From assembly GCA_977018835.1 (NCBI GenBank), contig OZ361257.1:4464001-4528000 (forward strand): a DNA stretch of 64,000 bases. The letters are read 5' to 3'. Shown here in pieces: positions 57,486 through 64,000 of this stretch; the stretch's first letter is position 1, and every line of letters begins with the position of its first letter. The DNA comes from Minutocellus sp. GHC0000111 (lineage: Eukaryota). The notes below the pieces were generated by a model. The model was not told where the DNA came from. It saw only the letters and a program-made list of their open reading frames with translations, and searched no databases. A program made the position numbers and the translations under genes.

Positions 57486-58248
57486 GGTTGAAAATATATT
57501 TTTGCTGATTTAGAATGTGCTGAGAAACCAAAAGAACAAAGGGGTCAATAATGAGTAAACTACAAGCTGCAAACACTTTGATACTAATCCGCACATCGGG
57601 GGGGGGATAAATGAGGCCGTTGCTCCGCCCTTTGCTAGAGACGGAGTCCCGTTGCTTCAAGACACATCCGACACGTGCCAACCAACCACCGAATTACACC
57701 CAAATCGTTCTCTCCCGCCAACTCTTGAGCCCCATGCATTTCCACCGAAGTGCATAAGAGGCACATGTATTCAAACCGGAGGTTGGCGGCCGGGTCCTCG
57801 GTTGACTCGTCCGTGGACAAAAAAGGCACGAGATGTGCTGACTTCGCTTTCCAGCCCCAATACCCCCAACACGCCCAACCGCCCGAATCAAACACGCGTT
57901 GGTACACCCACAAAGGCCTCCGATGTCCTTTGTCCCTCCGCCCCGCTGAACTACATCCCAACTTACTGGTCGTTTTATCGGTGCGGAACCGGTACATGCT
58001 GTACAGTCGAAAGCACGGGACCAACAACGGCCATCCTTGCCCGATGAAGGACAGGCTGTCGATTTGCTTATCGCATAGCATCGCCGCGAATTCACAGGCA
58101 GGCGAGCCTCAAGCAACTGCCGCAACTCTTGAATTAGAGGAGCGAGTAATTATCATCGAATTTCACAGGCGAGCCTCAACTGCCGCAACTCTTGTATTAG
58201 AGGAGCGAGTAATTATCATCGAATCTCACAGTTGCCTAAAGGACGAAG

Positions 58249-60090
58249 ATGGGCAAAAGCGGCAAGAACAAGAAGAGGCGAGTCGATGCTACCGCCGCTT
58301 CGCCCGCGGTTGAAACTGCCATCGGGGACCTGTGCAACGTATCTGGTCTGGGTGGCGGAGGCGAAGATGTGGATGACCTGTTCGCCTGTATGAACGAGAT
58401 GGACGACGAGGTCGAGGCGGGTGGTGGCGAGGGTTCTGATGATGACGCTTCCAAACCAAAATTGAAAACATACTCCATGGATGAGATATCACTCATTCCG
58501 ATGAGTGTGGAGCTGCTCCGTCACAAGTTGATGGGCGAGTTATCGTCGTACCTGCTTGATCAGGTCAAGGGATTGCGCATGCCCACTTTCGAACGCTGGC
58601 TGATCGATGCCAAGTTGGAGGAGCGGGAGAAGCGCAAAGCTGGCTCCAGCAAGTTGCCTCCGTTTGATCCTGTGATACCCTCGGCTGCCGAGATGGTTGA
58701 TGGTTCCACGCAAAGGTTGATGAGGGAGATATGTGACTTTCTTTCATCTTCTTCATCCAAATATGGTGAGGAAGATGAGGAAGAACAGGCTGAGAAGATA
58801 AGTGTTGAGCTGTGCCGACGATCGGCAGAGGCTGCCATGGAAGTGCATCGGATGGAGATGCGATTCAGTACTACTGGGACTACATCGTCCTTTGCTACCA
58901 AGGGGAGAGGTGGGAAGCGTGGCAAAAAGAAAAAGAAGGGGAAACCCAATAAAGAACGAATCAACTTGGAGAAGGGGGAGGAAGGGACATATGCGCTGGT
59001 CTATGAACGCAGGTTAGCCAAAGATAAGAAGAAAGCCAAGCGTCATATCGAGGAAGATGACACTGACGACTCGGAAGATGATAATGGCGACAAGAATGAA
59101 AGAGCAACCAAAAGCAGCAGTGGAAGCAAGTCGTTCGTGGTAAAGATCAACTCGTCTCACTACAACAAGCTCCGATCAATGTTTGATGCGGTTCATCCAG
59201 TCCAAAATCCATCTACCATCCACACATTTCATCATCTGGTCTTTGCGTTGCTACTGCGATACTCATCTCTTGCTGGCGGCCATCTGCTCAATGCTTTACG
59301 TGGTGGAGGTATGCAGGGCTCGATCGATAAGAAGGCGTTTGCGTTTCTTGGCGAGGTTTGTTCAGAAATCGGCCACACGCTCGCTGGAGAATGCTTTGCA
59401 TCGTCATTGAATGCTAATCTCGGAGTTGGCATGTATCGATCCGGTTTCTTCCGGGACATCGAAAAGCACTTTGGCAGCATCGGTGATTTCTTTCAGTGGA
59501 AAAGCAGCGCTATCGGCAAAAACAACAACCTGTGGTACGAAGCGAATCCACCTTTTGCTCCCGGTCTCATGCGAGAGATGGTGGTCAAATTGATCAAGCA
59601 CTTGGATGCCGCCGATGAAAAGAAGAGGGCTCTGTCTTTCGTAATCATTGTTCCGGCTTGTGATGACGCCGACGCTGCTGGTGGAGATGTTCCGGTAGCA
59701 CGTCAATTCGCTGCCGCAAGTTTCAATGCTATGCTACAGTCGGAATATCAATCGCATCACATCTTATTGAGTTCTGGAGACCACGGATATGTCGAGGGAG
59801 CCCAACATTTGCGCCCGACCCGGTTCAAAACGTCCATGTATGATACAAGCGTGGTTTTGCTGCAAAGCAAACAGGCGCGCAGAGACATGAAGAAGTTGGG
59901 AGGAAACTGGAGGAGCCGATTTGAAAAAGGGATCAGGGCGGCATTTCACAGTGGACACGAAAGCGAGATATTGGATCGTAAGCGGAGAAAGATGGGTGAT
60001 AAAAGTGATGGCGAGGGAAGACAAGAGGAGAAGGGCGCAGATGAAAGAACGAAGAAAAAGAAAACGAAAAAGAAAGCTCGAATAGTCTGA
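58249..60090 (+). CDS. PCIF1: PCIF1/CAPAM-like methyltransferase (copy B)
   Basis: Duplicate of 21463..23304 with R>S and N>D changes. Confidence 0.85.
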   Translation: MGKSGKNKKRRVDATAASPAVETAIGDLCNVSGLGGGGEDVDDLFACMNEMDDEVEAGGGEGSDDDASKPKLKTYSMDEISLIPMSVELLRHKLMGELSSYLLDQVKGLRMPTFERWLIDAKLEEREKRKAGSSKLPPFDPVIPSAAEMVDGSTQRLMREICDFLSSSSSKYGEEDEEEQAEKISVELCRRSAEAAMEVHRMEMRFSTTGTTSSFATKGRGGKRGKKKKKGKPNKERINLEKGEEGTYALVYERRLAKDKKKAKRHIEEDDTDDSEDDNGDKNERATKSSSGSKSFVVKINSSHYNKLRSMFDAVHPVQNPSTIHTFHHLVFALLLRYSSLAGGHLLNALRGGGMQGSIDKKAFAFLGEVCSEIGHTLAGECFASSLNANLGVGMYRSGFFRDIEKHFGSIGDFFQWKSSAIGKNNNLWYEANPPFAPGLMREMVVKLIKHLDAADEKKRALSFVIIVPACDDADAAGGDVPVARQFAAASFNAMLQSEYQSHHILLSSGDHGYVEGAQHLRPTRFKTSMYDTSVVLLQSKQARRDMKKLGGNWRSRFEKGIRAAFHSGHESEILDRKRRKMGDKSDGEGRQEEKGADERTKKKKTKKKARIV

Positions 60091-60124
60091 TCTTAAACTC
60101 TGGTGGTAGTGTTGGCATGTTAAT

Positions 60125-61392
60125 TTAGTATTCTTCATCACTACTACTATCTATAAGAATGTACTCCAATCCATCACTTTCATCTACGTCACTTCTAATC
60201 TCCTCGTCGTTTATAACTGGTATTTCATCACACTGCACCGGAAAGCCACGCTCGGCAAGTCTTTCAGCGGTTGACCTCTTCCATACATAATAACAGTCGT
60301 GTGAACCATTTCCAATGCCAATAACGTCAGAAAATTCAGCCCGAAAATATCCCCGAGATACCCTCTTAGGATCAAAACCAATCACGATAAAATCATCAAG
60401 CACTTTGTAAAAAGATGAGTGCATGCACACTACTTCCAAGCGCATCTTTCCTTGCTCTTCTAGCTTCCGCCTAAATGCAGGCGACGGATCGGTAACAACC
60501 AATCGATTGAATGTAATTCGAAGCCAATCGCAAAGAAACGTTTCAGACGTTTCAAGAATTTTTCCTCGGGCACCTGCGCGTTGTGATATGAGTTTTAAAA
60601 ACTGGATCGGCTTCATGCACGAAAAGCCTCCGACGCTGATGCTGTGCGTCGCGTTTGCTTCCATGACATCTGCCCTCAAAAGTGTAGCAATAGGAAAGGT
60701 TTCACAGATATCTTTGCACAGAGAACACGGACTTGGCCCCGGCGCGCTATTACGATTCCTAGGGCCACAAGGCAGACAATACCGAAGAGTTGACTCAAAG
60801 ACTCCACCGACTTTGTTTACGTTGGAAAACAGACCAATTTTGAAGGCTCCGCATAAACTGGCAATAACACCCAACAAAAGTTTGTGATCTTCATCTTTAC
60901 TATCATTTCGTTCAAGCTCCTGATTGTAATGATGGCGTTGTCGAGTTCCTCTCCGTCCCTCTCGAGGCAAAAAGCCTCCAAGATAAAATTTCTCCAATTT
61001 CGGAAAGGAGGTAAGAAAGCCAACGGTCCGGCCCACAGCGTCGGATGAGAGTGAGTACAGTTCATATCCTTCGAAATTCATCTTTCCTGTTCCCACCAAG
61101 AGCCCTAAAACATTGACCTCTGATATGTTTGTGAATCGCCTTGTCGTCGGAACGTACATCTCACTGGCTCTCAATATGTTCAGAGTTCGCACGTACGCCA
61201 CCGCCTCGACTGCAATGTGCTTTCCGACCAGAAGTGCCGAGCGGACTTCGGCGTCTGGCAAAAAGTCAAGGATGGCAAAAAGTCAAGGATACCGCCCCAC
61301 ACCGGGGGCGGCAAATGTGGCACATCGACGACGGATTCGTCGCTGATCTCGTCGACCTTGCGCTTCTTGGCGGTTGTTGGGGAGGAGCTCAT
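60125..61392 (-). pseudogene. Frameshifted F-box-like hypothetical protein (copy B)
   Basis: Same 17-bp duplication at 61256-61289. Confidence 0.75.
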
Positions 61393-61644
61393 CTTGCTGG
61401 TCTGCTCTGACTGCTCGATACGCAACGTCACTGAAAACACTTGTAGGGTCCTCCCCTTTCTCGCTCCGCGAAACCTTGTTTTCCGTTCAGCTCCAACTCC
61501 CACCATAAAGACCGAATTCCAACAATTGGCGCCGAGGACGCACCCGCCTTCCTGGGCAGACGAATCGTACGAAAGCCGCAACCCATACCGCTTGGACGAC
61601 ACCTCGATCTCACAATTCTGCAATCGGCACCATTCTGCAAAGGC

Positions 61645-62538
61645 ATGAAGCTACTTGCGCTATCCTTCGTCCTGGCGGTCGTCGTCGATGGCGCCACGGC
61701 TACCTCGTCTGTCCGCAAAAGAACAAATGTAGACGACGAAAAGGTAGAGGTGATGAATGGAGGCGACCGCGACTTTTCTGTTGAAGATCTTGACGATGAT
61801 GCCAGGGAGAAATTGCAGAGTGCACTGGTGCGCATATCTCAGCATGGCACGAAGAACCTCGTCCGGCACATCTCGTCCTCACTTCACCGCGCGCCCTCGC
61901 AGGGTGCAGCAGCGACTGATGATGCCGATGCCGATGTAGAGGCGAGAAAGCTCATCAGCCAAGCTTGTATGGATCAAACAGATGAGCTGTATGATAATAT
62001 CGATGCGGAGGTGACGGCACTGTTTGCACCGAATCAGCCCTGTGGACCATCGGTGACCCTCCTTCCCAGTATCACAGCTACAATCGATCACGACAGTACC
62101 CAGGGATGTGTCGGGGAGGTCGTTACCACCTACGAGCAGGCTTGCGCAGCTAACAACGGCACGTCCATTCGAGTGGATCTCAAGGCAGACTGCAACGTGG
62201 TGGGCATTTTGCCCTTTGGACTGCCCGCGCCCGTCAAATTTATCGGAAATGATTTGCACGTGTGTATTTCTGATGGGTGTGCGGCCTCAGAGCTGGAGAA
62301 TATCGATAATGCCGCCGCAACCGACCTCCTCAATACATTCAAGGGCGATATCAGTGATGGGTTCGGTCTGGAAGGGCTAGACTTGGCATGCGGGGTACAG
62401 AGCGTGGAGCCCATACAACTTCCAGAAGCTCAGACTGTCGTTGAAGAGAGCATGGTCTTGACGAACAGCACCACCAATACCACAGAGGTGGGGATGAATG
62501 TGACAAATTCAACCGAGATGTCAGACGACATGGCGTAA
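61645..62538 (+). CDS. Secreted hypothetical protein (copy B)
   Basis: Duplicate of 24859..25752. Confidence 0.8.
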   Translation: MKLLALSFVLAVVVDGATATSSVRKRTNVDDEKVEVMNGGDRDFSVEDLDDDAREKLQSALVRISQHGTKNLVRHISSSLHRAPSQGAAATDDADADVEARKLISQACMDQTDELYDNIDAEVTALFAPNQPCGPSVTLLPSITATIDHDSTQGCVGEVVTTYEQACAANNGTSIRVDLKADCNVVGILPFGLPAPVKFIGNDLHVCISDGCAASELENIDNAAATDLLNTFKGDISDGFGLEGLDLACGVQSVEPIQLPEAQTVVEESMVLTNSTTNTTEVGMNVTNSTEMSDDMA

Positions 62539-62941
62539 AGAAATAGAGCATAGCATTATCGTACTTGACATAGAGTATTTATCTAAAAGTATCTGATTAT
62601 CTACTAATTTTTCACTGGATCTACTAATTATTCACTGGATCAAATGTAAAAACAAAGAAATGCAAGCCATTATTCTTGCTTTGCTCTTTGCAGAGCAGAA
62701 AGCCCTACGTCCTTATGGATCGTAGTAAAGAGGCACCGATTACATATGGTACACGTAAGAGGCGTCGTGGCATATTCATTATTCATGTACAGGGGAAGGA
62801 AGCAACCATGCAGTGGATAGAATTACTAACCACACGAGTAGCGAAGGACGTCATTCGCTACTTTGCCACATGTACATACGTTTAGTGGGCGGGCACATCT
62901 CTACGAAGCTACGTAGAAGGACCGCATGTACGCATCAAACT

Positions 62942-63340
62942 CTAGCTACGTAGTTCGCGTCTCATCTCTAGTGTGAACAGTTTCTTCTTGATCTCGTCGT
63001 GACTTGTCAAGGATGGAGACGATCTTCTCATGGACAATCGTGGCGGTGCTGGTCCAGCACTCAACCGAGATAGGGATTGTGATGCGGACCCTAATGATGC
63101 GGACGTTGGCGAGGCGAGGACGAGCGGGAATCCATCGCTGGCGCCGCTGCGCGGTGCTAGTATTCTGTTTACGGATGGGGTGTCAAGACATGACGATTGC
63201 TCGGGAGCGAGGAAGGCAGACCGCCCGCAGCAGTCATTATTGTTGGCGACGGAGCGAGGAGACGAGGAATTCGATGAGGGGTTGTTGCCGTCGGTTGGTT
63301 GTACTGCGGTCGAAGCGGTAGGTTCGGTTTCAAAGAACAT
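62942..63340 (-). CDS. Small hypothetical protein (copy B)
   Basis: Duplicate of 26156..26554. Confidence 0.45.
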   Translation of the reverse strand: MFFETEPTASTAVQPTDGNNPSSNSSSPRSVANNNDCCGRSAFLAPEQSSCLDTPSVNRILAPRSGASDGFPLVLASPTSASLGSASQSLSRLSAGPAPPRLSMRRSSPSLTSHDEIKKKLFTLEMRRELRS

Positions 63341-64000
63341 AGCGGGCGGTGGGATTGTGAAGTGGCTGATAGGCTATCTTGGATTGTGGATTCGTACGTG
63401 GTCTCGAAGAAATTCCAATGATGACTTGTGAGAATGAACGCTTTTGGTGTGGCGGAATCGAACTCGATCGAGGGCGGAAGGTTATGGCTAATGTTGTGTG
63501 AGCTTTGTTATCAGTCTATTGATGATGGCGCGCTGTGTCACTTTGCGGGTATTGATTCTGCTTCACTTTCACTTCCTCCGCTTTCACTTTGCGGCTACTT
63601 TCCGTGCCAGGCTGGACATCCGCCTTGTCTTCGAAGAACGAGGATTGTGCCAGATGTTGGTCGTTCTCCGATCATGACTCGGACGTAAATATCAAAAATG
63701 CGGTCAAGATGCGGGCCAAGCGTGTTCTCCGAAAATGTCACATAGCCGCGTTGTCCAGCTCAAAGCTTCGAAGAGCCTCGTCGCGTCGGCACTTCGATTG
63801 GCATGCGGGGCGCACAGTCAGAACGGAGAACAGAAAAAACAACGGGATGTTGTGCCGCTTGCATGGATCGGCTTCTAGTGCCTCGACCTCATTATACCTT
63901 GAAAAAAAAACACCGCCACGCCTGCAAGTCAAGCAGACAGCCAGCCAAGATGCCAAGATGCTCCCGCCCGGTCCCGGCGCCATCGCAAGCGCCGTGCCTT

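Larger units (their letters stand above)
34311..64000 (+). repeat. Segmental tandem duplication, copy B (runs off window end; 64000 corresponds to 27214)
   Basis: Near-identical sequence and ORF order to 668-27214, plus the extra segment 42566-45691. Confidence 0.97.

Overview
Eukaryotic nuclear DNA with short GT-AG introns and bipartite signal+'AF/GF' plastid-targeting peptides, which points to a diatom or related ochrophyte. The window is dominated by a very recent head-to-tail segmental duplication: copy A spans 668-34310 and copy B runs from 34311 past the window end (64000 corresponds to 27214). The copies are roughly 99.9% identical by eye. The unit begins inside a RING-CH E3 ligase gene and ends inside a berberine-bridge-like FAD oxidase gene, so the junction is chimeric. 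Duplicated genes: serine acetyltransferase, a SET-domain protein, an HSF transcription factor, fibrillarin, a PPR protein, a bestrophin-like protein, DGAT2, NTF2, PCIF1/CAPAM and several hypothetical proteins. Copy A lacks 3126 bp (2-bp microhomology) that in copy B carries uroporphyrinogen-III synthase (hemD) and the HSF promoter and start. Copy A also holds an Hrq1-like helicase with three frameshifts. Both copies contain an internally deleted PIF/Harbinger element (40-bp TIRs, TAA TSD) in the SAT/SET divergent promoter. Both also contain a hAT-like TIR-bounded segment encoding a SUMO-like domain ending in EQVGG, which is the most unusual item found. I saw no rRNA, tRNA or CRISPR arrays. All family calls come from motif recognition, not database searches.
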